Assembly: GCA_963815115.1 (NCBI GenBank)
Contig: CAWFFN010000005.1
Location: 1,152,001-1,216,000, forward strand
DNA from: an uncultured delta proteobacterium
Lineage (GTDB): Bacteria > Desulfobacterota > Binatia > DP-6
Reading direction: 5' to 3'
DNA: 64,000 nt
Of this stretch, positions 9,741 through 17,797 are shown piece by piece (positions within the stretch are counted from its first letter, which is position 1; each line of letters starts with the position of its first letter). Made by a program: the position numbers and the translations under genes. The notes below the pieces were generated by a model. That model made no database searches and had not been told where the DNA came from. It saw nothing but the letters and a program-made list of their open reading frames with translations.

Positions 9741-10268
9741 TCAGCGGCGCCGCAGCACGAGCGTGGAGCCCTGTCGATTCATGTCGAAGCGGTCGAGGAA
9801 GGTCATGCCGAGCAGCCCAAATGGCAGCGTGTCGGCGTCGGTCACGAACCCGTCAATGTGGCGCACGGTCGTGTCGCCGACAGTCACCGAGTCGAGCGAA
9901 ACCCGCCATCGACTCGCTACCCCGTTCGCGGTCATCGTTTTCACGGGCGTGCCGGTACGATAGTCCAGGCCAACACGCTCCGCATCCGCCCGAGAGAGCG
10001 TGGTCAAGGTCGCGCCCGTATCAACCAGGAAGCGCATGGCCTGTCCGTTTACGGCGCCGCTCGTGAAGAAGTGTCCGTGCGCATCGGCCGACAGCGTCAC
10101 GGTGCCGCTCTCGGTGGCACCCGCGTTCAACGATCCCTCCGCCGTGGGTGGCAGCATCGAGTAGAAGCGCGCGTATGCCGAGGATGGGAGTCCGCCGAGA
10201 CACACGAGGACAACGGAAGCGAGCCACTTGGAATTCGGGCGGAGACGGGCAGCAAGCAGAAGTCGCAC
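9741..10268 (-). CDS. Retropepsin-like aspartic protease (TIGR02281-like)
   Basis: GHFF...FLVDTGAT...TANG...LLGMTFL. Start uncertain. Confidence 0.85.
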   Translation of the reverse strand: MRLLLAARLRPNSKWLASVVLVCLGGLPSSAYARFYSMLPPTAEGSLNAGATESGTVTLSADAHGHFFTSGAVNGQAMRFLVDTGATLTTLSRADAERVGLDYRTGTPVKTMTANGVASRWRVSLDSVTVGDTTVRHIDGFVTDADTLPFGLLGMTFLDRFDMNRQGSTLVLRRR

Positions 10269-10277
10269 GCTTCCACG

Positions 10278-10294
10278 AGCAAGGCTCATGCCGC
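10278..10294 (-). promoter_or_regulatory. Putative sigma-54 promoter
   Basis: GCGGCATGAGCCTTGCT has GG-N10-GC spacing; a TGCG-N-CGCA palindrome near 10337-10352 could be an enhancer. Confidence 0.4.
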
Positions 10295-10461
10295 GTGCTG
10301 TCCGTGCCGTTTGAAACCACTCTCGCTGGAGCCGACGTGCGCACTTTCGCACGAGTCGGAAACCGTTTCCTGCGGCTGCGCGGCCTGCCCCCGGCCATCG
10401 CAGGAGATCGTCGGCGGGTTCCTCCACCTCGACTGGGAAGGCACCTGAGCCGGGGATCGGG

Positions 10462-12063
10462 TCAGAGCGTCCGCAGGAGGGTCTTCATGTCGGTGCGGAT
10501 CGACGTGCCCTGAAACTCGAGCGCCTGGCGCGTGGCCGCGGGCACGAGGTGACGCGCGACCAGCGACCGGACCCGGAAGCCGAACGAGGTCATCTTCCGG
10601 ATCGCCGCCTTCAGGCGGTGCGTCGCCTGCTTCTTCTTCGTCGCGGGGAGGCCTTCCGCCGAAACCTTCCGGTCGCGCGCCTTCGTCAGCGACGCCAGCA
10701 TCGAGTGCTGCGTGCGGCCGAGGTCGGTCGCCGCCTGCACCTGCGCGATGAGCGCGTCGAGGCGGCAGTCGATCGAGACGAACGTGGGCGCACGCGGCAC
10801 GTCGCACGATCCGGGGACGGTCGTCGTGGTGGTCGTCGTCGTGGGGGTGGTCGACGTCGTGGTTCTCATCGTGCCGGTCGTCGTGGTGGTCGTGACGATC
10901 GTCGTCGTCGTCGGCAGCGCCGCGCCGCCCTCGAAGGCGCCGACGTCACACTGTCCGGCGGGGCGGGAGACCCCGCGCTGGTCGACGCCGTCGACGGGTG
11001 CGCCGGCGCACGCGTCGGGGTCCCCGTGGTCGATCGCCGGGCTGCCCGCCAGCAGCGCGATCGTCTGCGTCGGGCCGCCGTTGTTCGCCGGTCCCGCGGG
11101 GTCGAGCACGGGGTTCGTGTCGCAGAACGAGGTGCCGCTGGTATCGGCGCATCCGGAGCCCGTGAAGCGGCAGGTGGCGCCGTCGTCGATGTTGTGGCCG
11201 CCGTCGTTGGGTGGAGAGCCGATGTTGCAATTCGCGTCCGGGGTGCCGGCGACGATCGTGTTCGTGAACGTCGCGTCGCCGCTCAGGAAGACGTTGGCGC
11301 CGTCGATGCCGGCGCTGTTGCCGCTGATCGTGCAGTTGACGACGGTCCCGTCGTCGCTGTCGTGATAGAGGCCGCCGCCGTCGCCGGTCGGCGCGCCGTT
11401 GCCGGCGATGGTGCTGTTCGCGATGGTGAGGGTGCCCATGTTGTAGATGCCGCCGCCGTTGCCGCCGCCCGCGGCGGTGTTGCCGCGGACCGTGCAGCGG
11501 CTGACCGTGAGGGTGCCGTTGCTGTAGATCGCACCGCCGTTGCCGCCGGCCGTGGTGCCGTTGCCGGTGAGCGTGCTGTCGGTGAGGGTGAGCGTTCCGG
11601 TGTTGTAGAGAGCGCCCCCGTTGCCGCCGGCCGTGGTGCTGTTGCCGCTGAACGTGCAGTGCGTCGCGGTCGTCGTCCCGTCGTTCGCGATGCCGCCGCC
11701 CGAGCCGGCGTCGCGGCCGTCGGCGATCGTCAGGTTCTGCAGCGTGAAGGCGATGCCCGAGTCCACCGTGAACACCTGCACGCTGTTGCCGCCGCTGATC
11801 GTGACCACGCCGCCGCCGTCGATGGTCGTGGGGGCGCTGATGTCCTTCGTGCCGGTGACGGTGATCGAGGCGCTGCCGCCGCAGGAGAACGTGACGCTGC
11901 CGTCGAAGCCGCCGCCGGCGGGTAGGCAGGCGTCCAGTGCCGCCTCGGTGCAGCTCGGGGCGGTGCCGGTGCCGACGAGGCAGGCCCGGGCGGCCGCGGG
12001 GAGGAGGAGCAGTGCGACGGCGAAAGCGAGACCCGAGATGCGGCGTGCGCGAGCGGTCAGCAT
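10462..12063 (-). CDS. Secreted beta-helix (GGA[I/L]Y repeat) protein with choice-of-anchor Q-like domain
   Basis: Signal peptide; GGNGGAxY repeats; NNGGPTQTIALLAGSPAID...DQRG...CDVGAFE; Thr-rich linker; basic helical C-terminus. Confidence 0.85.
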   Translation of the reverse strand: MLTARARRISGLAFAVALLLLPAAARACLVGTGTAPSCTEAALDACLPAGGGFDGSVTFSCGGSASITVTGTKDISAPTTIDGGGVVTISGGNSVQVFTVDSGIAFTLQNLTIADGRDAGSGGGIANDGTTTATHCTFSGNSTTAGGNGGALYNTGTLTLTDSTLTGNGTTAGGNGGAIYSNGTLTVSRCTVRGNTAAGGGNGGGIYNMGTLTIANSTIAGNGAPTGDGGGLYHDSDDGTVVNCTISGNSAGIDGANVFLSGDATFTNTIVAGTPDANCNIGSPPNDGGHNIDDGATCRFTGSGCADTSGTSFCDTNPVLDPAGPANNGGPTQTIALLAGSPAIDHGDPDACAGAPVDGVDQRGVSRPAGQCDVGAFEGGAALPTTTTIVTTTTTTGTMRTTTSTTPTTTTTTTTVPGSCDVPRAPTFVSIDCRLDALIAQVQAATDLGRTQHSMLASLTKARDRKVSAEGLPATKKKQATHRLKAAIRKMTSFGFRVRSLVARHLVPAATRQALEFQGTSIRTDMKTLLRTL

Positions 12064-12336
12064 CAGCGGCCATTCTGTATGGAGGATCGGCTGCGCGGGC
12101 AAGCCGCCCTTCCACCCGCCGCATACCGGCGATCAAAAGCGTCTTTCGCGGACGGTGGAAGCGGTGCTTGGTAGGATCGCGCGGACCATCCTCGACGGGT
12201 AGGCGGGCGCGCCACCCCGCGTGTGCTCGGGCCCCTGCAATAGAGCGCGCGTCCCGCTCGTCTCATGGGGCCAGACGTCGCGGTGGCGGGCGCCTGCCGC
12301 CCGCGAACCGTGACGCAATCTCTCCGAGGAGGTCCA

Positions 12337-12738
12337 ATGAAGCTTCGCACCACCCTCACCGCGCTGGCGTGTCTGACGGCCGGCGCAGGCATGGCGCACG
12401 CGGCGCAGACGATCGCCAGCGCGCCGCTGTGGACCGGCTTGAGCCACGCGGGCGCCTGCTACGTCCGGAACGTGGGAACGCGTCCGGTCTCGCTGACGGT
12501 GTCGCCGCTGATCAACTTCACGCCCGACTTCAGAACGTTTAGCTTCGAGAACTGCAACGAGGCGCCGCTGGCGCCCGGGCGCACCTGCGTGGGCCTGTTG
12601 AACGCTCTCGACGACGACGTGACCTTCGCCTGCTCCGCGGTCGTGAACGGAAGCGCGAAGAACGTACGCGGCAACGTCGAGATCCGCGAATCCGTCACGG
12701 GCGGGCTGCGGGTCATCGCCGCCGACGAGATGCGCTAG
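12337..12738 (+). CDS. Secreted hypothetical protein (paralogue A)
   Basis: GGAGG SD; signal peptide ending AHA; four Cys in the mature part. Confidence 0.75.
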   Translation: MKLRTTLTALACLTAGAGMAHAAQTIASAPLWTGLSHAGACYVRNVGTRPVSLTVSPLINFTPDFRTFSFENCNEAPLAPGRTCVGLLNALDDDVTFACSAVVNGSAKNVRGNVEIRESVTGGLRVIAADEMR

Positions 12739-12762
12739 GGCGCAGCGAGAAAGGAGATCGTC

Positions 12763-13155
12763 ATGAGAACGTCCGTCGTCTCGACCGCCATCGCGTGCCT
12801 GCTGGCGCTCACCGGCAGTGCCCGCGCGTCTCAGCTCCTCGCCACCCCCGCGATCTTCGGGGCCTCCAGCCAGCGAAGCGCCCAGTGCAACCTGGGCAAC
12901 TTCGGTACCCGCGACATCCCGGTCACCGGCTTCGACATCGTCGACGAGTCCGGCAATGCCTTCCCGGTGAACCGGGGGTGCGGCAGCGCGATCCCGGCCG
13001 GCTTCATCTGCCAGATCTTCGCGCCCAGCATCCCTTCCGGCCAGGCCGTGGCCTGCACCGCGACCGTGTCGAACGGCGACAAGGTGCGGGGCACCTTGCT
13101 CCTGTTCGACAGCACCGGCACCGGCGTCCCGGTGCGGGCGCAGGCCCTTCGCTAG
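12763..13155 (+). CDS. Secreted hypothetical protein (paralogue B)
   Basis: AAGGAG SD; signal peptide ending ARA; same Cys, N-x-G and VRG pattern as the upstream gene. Confidence 0.75.
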   Translation: MRTSVVSTAIACLLALTGSARASQLLATPAIFGASSQRSAQCNLGNFGTRDIPVTGFDIVDESGNAFPVNRGCGSAIPAGFICQIFAPSIPSGQAVACTATVSNGDKVRGTLLLFDSTGTGVPVRAQALR

Positions 13156-13239
13156 GCCGATCGTCGCGGCCGATCGGCCGCGGCCGGGAGAGCTCCTCGA
13201 GGATGCGCGCGCTCCTCGAGGAGCTCCCCGCGTACCGTG

Positions 13240-13360
13240 CCGAGCGGAGCCTGAAGGAGAAGGTGCTCCGGCCTCCCGCGTTGCGCGCGCCGCTCAGGCT
13301 GCCGTGATGGGCTTCGATGATCGAGCGGCGCATCGAGAGCCCCATGCCCTCGCCCGCCCT
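13240..13360 (-). pseudogene. Histidine kinase HATPase C-terminal remnant
   Basis: GMGLSMRRSIIEAHHGSL...GGRSTFSFRL resembles a G2 box and C-terminal strand. Confidence 0.55.
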
Positions 13361-13369
13361 TCAGATGGG

Positions 13370-13695
13370 ACGCCGAGAGGCGATCGAGCAGCGAAAGACC
13401 GAGATCGCGAGTGCGAAGAAGCGGCGACGGGGTGGGAAGTACGTGGTCGAGGAGGCGGACGTGGACGGCGTGCCGCGCCTCTCCACGAAGTACGTCCGCA
13501 ACATCATCGTCGGCAGCTTCCGTGCGATCCTGCGTGACGCACTCGAGATCGACAGGATTCCGGTCCCGTTGAGACTCTCCGAGCTGTGCGTCGGCCTGAA
13601 GGGCGGCTGGGCGCACGAGGACGAGCATGAGCCCGATCCCGATCCGTTCACGCCGGCGGAACGCGACGCGATCCTCGAGTGGTTCCGAACGAAGA
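13370..13695 (+). pseudogene. Probable tyrosine integrase fragment (core-binding region)
   Basis: LSTKYVRNII.GSFRAILRDA...PDPFTPAERDAIL resembles the phage integrase linker region; no catalytic domain follows. Confidence 0.5.
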
Positions 13696-13699
13696 TTCC

Positions 13700-13830
13700 G
13701 CCCGCTGGACGTGAAGGCGATCCGCCGCCAGCTTGGCGTGTCGCAGACCGCTTTCGCCGCGCTCATCAGTGTGCCGGTGGGAACGCTGCCCAACTGGGAG
13801 CAGGGGCGCCGGGTCCCTGACGGGTCAGGA
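13700..13830 (+). pseudogene. XRE/HigA-like HTH antitoxin fragment
   Basis: DVKAIRRQLGVSQTAFAALISVPVGTLPNWEQGRRVP; no proper start or end. Confidence 0.7.
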
Positions 13831-13949
13831 CGAGCGAGGGCCGCTTGTCGCCTTGACCAGGGGCTCGTCCCGCTCAGCTGCGATGCGCCCCCCAAATGGC
13901 CGTCGGTCCCGTTGGATATGCAGGTCGGGTTGGAGTGCCCCGAATCGCT

Positions 13950-13979
13950 CATTGACTTAGTAAGCCAATGGCATAGAAT
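13950..13979 (+). promoter_or_regulatory. Sigma-70 promoter with overlapping palindromic operator (leaderless TA transcript)
   Basis: TTGACT-16-TAGAAT, 6 nt before GTG 13986; imperfect palindrome CATTGACTTA-G-TAAGCCAATG. Confidence 0.6.
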
Positions 13980-13985
13980 GCGGCG

Positions 13986-14277
13986 GTGCGAGTAGAGTGG
14001 GACCCGGAGAAGGACCGCACGAACCGCGTCGAACACGGTCTCGCCCTCGATGAGGTCCGGATTCTCTTCGAGCGCGATATCGACCACCTGGTGATCCATG
14101 ACCAAGAGCACGGCGACGACGAGGACCGGGTCCTTGCCATCGGGCCAGTTGCGAGGGGAGTGGCACGGTGGCGTATGCGGACCGAAAGACGATGTCGTCC
14201 GCGTCATCAGCGCTCGCATGGCGACGCGGATCGAGGAAGAGGCGTTTTACAGGCGAGCGGGAGGCCGAAAGCGATGA
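13986..14277 (+). pseudogene. BrnT family toxin, frameshifted
   Basis: EWDPEKDRTNRVEHG...EDRVLAIG; C-terminal VRVISARMAT is reached only after two frameshifts. Confidence 0.8.
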
Positions 14278-14561
14278 AGGACGAGATCAGGGAACTGACC
14301 GCCGCTGACTTCGAGCGTCCCTCGACGACTCCGCGATCGTTTGGTGCGCGGTGAGTTCAAGAGCGGTGAAGACGTAGCGGCTCTGCGTCGCTTCATCGGG
14401 CTGTCGCAAGAGACGTTCGCTCTGGCTCTGGGTATCAGCGCTTACACACTCCGTAACCGGGAGCAGGGTAGGCGCATGCCGGAAGGACCCGCCCTTGCGC
14501 TGCTGCGCATCGCCGCCCGGCACCCGAGAGTGTTCGTGAGAACCTCGCGCTGGCAGGGTGA
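14274..14561 (+). pseudogene. XRE HTH antitoxin, frameshifted
   Basis: ATGA overlap with the BrnT stop; LRRFIGLSQETFALALGIS..TLRN(R)EQGRRMPEGPA; frameshifts near both ends. Confidence 0.75.
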
Positions 14562-14665
14562 GGGATGTCGGCCGATGAAGTCGACTGGATCTTGCGCTCG
14601 CTGACGGGACTGAGCTGCCTCGCCTCGGCGTGTCGGAAGCTATTGACCCGCCGCGGAAGTCGAAA

Positions 14666-14780
14666 TGCGAGGAGGGGGACTTGACCCCCCTGGCAATCCC
14701 TGTGACTTCGAGGTTTTTCGGGAGCTTGTCGTGACGCTGCATGACGGGCCATGACGAGATCGGGTCCCTCGGCCCCGATC
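14666..14780 (-). repeat. att-like module copy A (tRNA-Leu 3' end + phased TGACG repeats + hairpin)
   Basis: 14666-14690 matches the tRNA-Leu 3' end with one mismatch; about 10 differences from copy B over ~115 bp (manual alignment). Confidence 0.9.
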
Positions 14781-14871
14781 TCACCGCGCCGCACCCACCT
14801 GCATGTGGCCCCGGCTGCTCGACGATCTATCTCGGGCCGTGTAGGTACGAAGTCGCCTCGGAGGACTAGCC

Positions 14872-15087
14872 ATGTTCGATCGCATCAGCTTCGACCCCCA
14901 CATCCTGCGGGGACGGGCGTGCATCCGCGGGATGCGCATCCCGGTGTCTGTCATCGTGGGGCAGATCGCGCACGGGGCTACCTTCGAGGAGATCCTGGAG
15001 GGGTATCCCGACCTCGAACGCGAGGACATTCAGCAGGCCATCGAGTATGCGGCTTGGCTGACCCAGGAGCAGGTGCAACTCTCGTAG
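14872..15087 (+). CDS. DUF433 family antitoxin
   Basis: RISFDPHILRGRACIRGMRIPV...EEILEGYPDLEREDIQQAIEYA; GGAGG SD. Confidence 0.9.
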   Translation: MFDRISFDPHILRGRACIRGMRIPVSVIVGQIAHGATFEEILEGYPDLEREDIQQAIEYAAWLTQEQVQLS

Positions 15088-15096
15088 CCGGCCGTC

Positions 15097-15469
15097 GTGC
15101 GCTTCCTCGCCGACATGGGCGTCGATCAACGGGTCGTCGCCTGGCTGCGCGCGGCTGGCCACGATGCCGTCCACCTGCGCGACGAGGGACTGCACCGCCT
15201 TTCCGACGAAGCGATCTTCGACAAGGCGATCGCGGAAGGCCGAGTAGTCCTGACGTTCGACCTGGACTTCGGTGAGATCGCTGCCCTTGCGAGGGGACGG
15301 GTGGCGAGCGTCGTCTCCGACTGCCCGATACAAGATACTCTCGGTCATCGAGCGCCTTCAGGCAGTTCTCCCTGCATCGGCGGAGGCCCTGGCCAGCGGC
15401 GCGGTCGTCATCGTCGAGCCGGCGAGGCACCGGACACGCGCGCTGCCGAACGTGCGACCGGATCCCTGA
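15097..15469 (+). pseudogene. DUF5615 PIN-like toxin, frameshifted
   Basis: MRFLADMGV...GHDAVH...D..I...A.AEGRVVLTFDLDFG; the C-terminus (VIERL...RHRTRALP) is out of frame after ~15315, apparently by two -1 shifts. Confidence 0.8.
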
Positions 15470-15591
15470 GCGCGCACGCTCCAACCGGCCAGCGAAGTTT
15501 GTTTCCGCACCGGTGATGAGCATTCGGAGAGCTGGATCGGCTCGAAACACAGGAGGGGGACAACCGCGTCCGAGGGCTGGAGACCCCGCCA

Positions 15592-15604
15592 AATCAGTAG
15601 CTTG
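15592..15604 (+). promoter_or_regulatory. IHF-like binding site adjacent to att core
   Basis: AATCAGTAGCTTG versus consensus WATCAANNNNTTR (one mismatch), immediately beside the core repeat. Confidence 0.45.
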
Positions 15605-15607
15605 ACG

Positions 15608-15723
15608 AGTGCGAGGAGGGGGACTTGAACCCCTGAGAATCCCCGTGACTTCGAGGTCTTTCGGGAGCTTGTCGTGACGCTGCATGACGGCCTATGACGA
15701 GATCGGGTCCGTCGGACCCGATC
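15608..15723 (-). repeat. att-like module copy B
   Basis: 15608-15633 is identical to 16380-16405 (26 bp); TGACG x3 at 10-bp spacing; perfect hairpin GATCGGGTCC-GTC-GGACCCGATC. Confidence 0.9.
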
Positions 15724-15754
15724 CGTGGTCGGCCTTGCTGGGTCGCGGACAGCG

Positions 15755-15988
15755 TCAGCCGGCACGCCGCATCGCGCGTGCGAGAATGTCATTGATCAGG
15801 GATTGGTACGGCATGCGGCGCTTAGCGGCCGTCGCTTTCAGGCGACTCAGCACCTCCGGGTCGACCCGGACCGAGATCGCGGTCCGCGCGACGCGCCCAA
15901 GGGGTGGCCGCCCGACCCGGCGCATGCTCGCGAGCTGCTCGTTGGACAACTCGGAGATGTCGCTGAAGTCGATCTTACGCTTCGGCAT
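15755..15988 (-). CDS. BrnA family antitoxin
   Basis: IDFSDI.EL...GRPP...ISVRVDPEVL..LK...PYQSLINDIL. Confidence 0.9.
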   Translation of the reverse strand: MPKRKIDFSDISELSNEQLASMRRVGRPPLGRVARTAISVRVDPEVLSRLKATAAKRRMPYQSLINDILARAMRRAG

Positions 15989-16244
15989 ATTGGTTGCGCT
16001 CTTTCCGGCTGGCGAGGCGTGCACTGATGATCCGTACCATTGTGCCCCGCAGCGTGTAGGCGACTACGACGATGCGTCCCATGGTGCTGCGTGCAAGACG
16101 CAGCCTCCGGGCCTCGCGAGTAGAGTGGCGCAGATCAGTGCCGTCAAGACCGACGGGGTCGTCGAAAGCACTCGCAGCCTCTTCGAACGAGACACCATGT
16201 TTCGCGTAGTTGCTCCGCGCCTTCCCCTCATCCCACTCGAACAC
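15975..16244 (-). CDS. BrnT family toxin
   Basis: FEWDEGKARSNYAKHGVSFEEA...VVAYTLRG..VRIISARLA; intact. Confidence 0.9.
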   Translation of the reverse strand: MFEWDEGKARSNYAKHGVSFEEAASAFDDPVGLDGTDLRHSTREARRLRLARSTMGRIVVVAYTLRGTMVRIISARLASRKERNQYAEA

Positions 16245-16250
16245 ACCGAG

Positions 16251-16266
16251 TTTCGTATATACGAAA
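16251..16266. promoter_or_regulatory. Perfect 16-bp palindrome, probable BrnA operator
   Basis: TTTCGTATATACGAAA, 6 nt upstream of the brnT start. Confidence 0.6.
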
Positions 16267-16381
16267 GGTCGGACGGCTGCAAGTGCTCGCGAGCCGACGA
16301 TTCGGACAGGTCTTCACTCTGGTGGCCAGCGTCGGAGAGCTCGTTGACCGAGGTGCGCCAATGCGTGTGGTCGGTCAGAAG

Positions 16382-16464
16382 TGCGAGGAGGGGGACTTGA
16401 ACCCCCACGGGTGTTACCCCACTAGCCCCTCAAACTAGCGCGTCTGCCATTCCGCCATCCTCGC
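16382..16464 (-). tRNA. tRNA-Leu(GAG)
   Basis: GCGAGGATGGCGGAATGGCAGACGCG-CTAGT-TTGAGGG-GCTAG-long variable arm-GGGGGTTCAAGTCCCCC-TCCTCGCA; CCA not encoded. Confidence 0.95.
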
Positions 16465-16527
16465 ACGGCAGGGACTCGGGCAGCGTCGGGTCCTAACAGA
16501 GCCCTCAAACGCTGTCGAGTCGGGGAG

Positions 16528-17028
16528 TTATTTCTTCGCTGGCGCCGGCGCGGGCGTGGGTGCGGAACCGCCCGCGGCAGGAGCGTTGCCTTCCGCCGGT
16601 GCGGTGCCGCCGGCCGGCGGAGTCGGGGAGGGCGCTTGCGCGGCGGGCGGTACGGCCTCGGGTGCGGCCGCGAAGGGCGGCTGAGGCGCGGGTGTGCCGC
16701 CCTCGGCGGCCGGGACCTCCGGCGCGACCGGCGGCGTCGGGAGCTGGGCAGCGGGCGGCGGCAGCCGCTCGATCAGCCGGGACGAGCCGGGCGTCTGGCC
16801 GTACGTCAGGACGAGCGATGTCACCATGAAGATGATCGCCGTCGCCGTGGTGAGGTGGGTGAGGAAGTTGCCCGCGCCGCTCGAGCCGAAGAGCGTCTGG
16901 CTGCCGCCTCCGAAGACGGCGCCCATGTCGGCACCCTTGCCGGTCTGGAGCAGGACCACCACGATCAGGAAGATGCACGAGACGACGTGGACGGTCGGAA
17001 CGACGTAGTGAAAGAGCACGGTTCCCAT
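16528..17028 (-). CDS. secG: Preprotein translocase subunit SecG (Pro/Ala-rich tail)
   Basis: VLLQTGKGADMGAVFGGGSQTLFG; canonical tpiA-secG-tRNA-Leu order. Confidence 0.93.
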   Translation of the reverse strand: MGTVLFHYVVPTVHVVSCIFLIVVVLLQTGKGADMGAVFGGGSQTLFGSSGAGNFLTHLTTATAIIFMVTSLVLTYGQTPGSSRLIERLPPPAAQLPTPPVAPEVPAAEGGTPAPQPPFAAAPEAVPPAAQAPSPTPPAGGTAPAEGNAPAAGGSAPTPAPAPAKK

Positions 17029-17792
17029 CAGCGAGACTCCTGATACTGCACGATCCGCGTGAAGCTGGCCGCGTCGAGGCTGGCGCCGCCAACGAGCGCA
17101 CCGTCTATGTCGGCCTCGGCCATCAGCGCGTCGATGTTGTCGGGTTTGACGCTGCCCCCGTACAGGATCCGCACGCCGTCTGCCACCGCGGCGCCGGCCA
17201 GATCGGCGAGCAGCCCGCGGATCGCCCGATGCACCTCCTGCGCCTGGGCCGGCGTGGCGGTGCGCCCGGTTCCGATGGCCCACACGGGCTCGTAGGCCAG
17301 CACGCAGCGTCCGACCGCCGCGGCGTCGAGGCCGGCGAGGCCGCCGCGTACCTGGCGCTCGACGACCGTCCCGGTCGTCCCGGCTTCGCGCTCGGCGAGC
17401 GTCTCGCCCACGCAGACGATAGGCACCAGGCCTGCGCCCAGCGCGCCACGGGTACGCGCGTTCACGCCCGCGTCGGTCTCGCCGAAGTACTGACGCCTCT
17501 CCGAGTGCCCGACGATGACGTGCGTGCACCCGGCCTCGACGAGCATGGCCGCACAGATCTCGCCGGTGAAGGCGCCCCTGGGATCGCCGTGGACGTTCTG
17601 CGCCGCGAGCAGGATGCGCGTCCCCGCGATCGCCTGGCGCGCGGCCTCCAGCGCGGTGAACGGCGGGGCGATCAGCGACTCGCGCCCGGTGACGGCGCCC
17701 ACGCTCTTCGCCAGCGCCCCGGCGAGCGCGCCCGTCTCGGCGCGCGTGCCGTGCATCTTCCAGTTGCCGGCGAGCAGGGGGATCCGGGCCAT
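17028..17792 (-). CDS. tpiA: Triosephosphate isomerase
   Basis: AGNWKM, GHSERR, AYEPVWAIGTG and LYGGSV motifs. Confidence 0.98.
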   Translation of the reverse strand: MARIPLLAGNWKMHGTRAETGALAGALAKSVGAVTGRESLIAPPFTALEAARQAIAGTRILLAAQNVHGDPRGAFTGEICAAMLVEAGCTHVIVGHSERRQYFGETDAGVNARTRGALGAGLVPIVCVGETLAEREAGTTGTVVERQVRGGLAGLDAAAVGRCVLAYEPVWAIGTGRTATPAQAQEVHRAIRGLLADLAGAAVADGVRILYGGSVKPDNIDALMAEADIDGALVGGASLDAASFTRIVQYQESR

Positions 17793-17797
17793 GAGCG

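Noticed and set aside
10820-10915. GTC/GTG trinucleotide repeats
   Set aside because: They are simply the coding sequence of a Thr-rich linker.
14666-16405. Repeats considered as a CRISPR array or as extra tRNA genes
   Set aside because: The spacers are gene-sized, no cas genes are present, and the copies contain only the T-arm and acceptor 3' strand.
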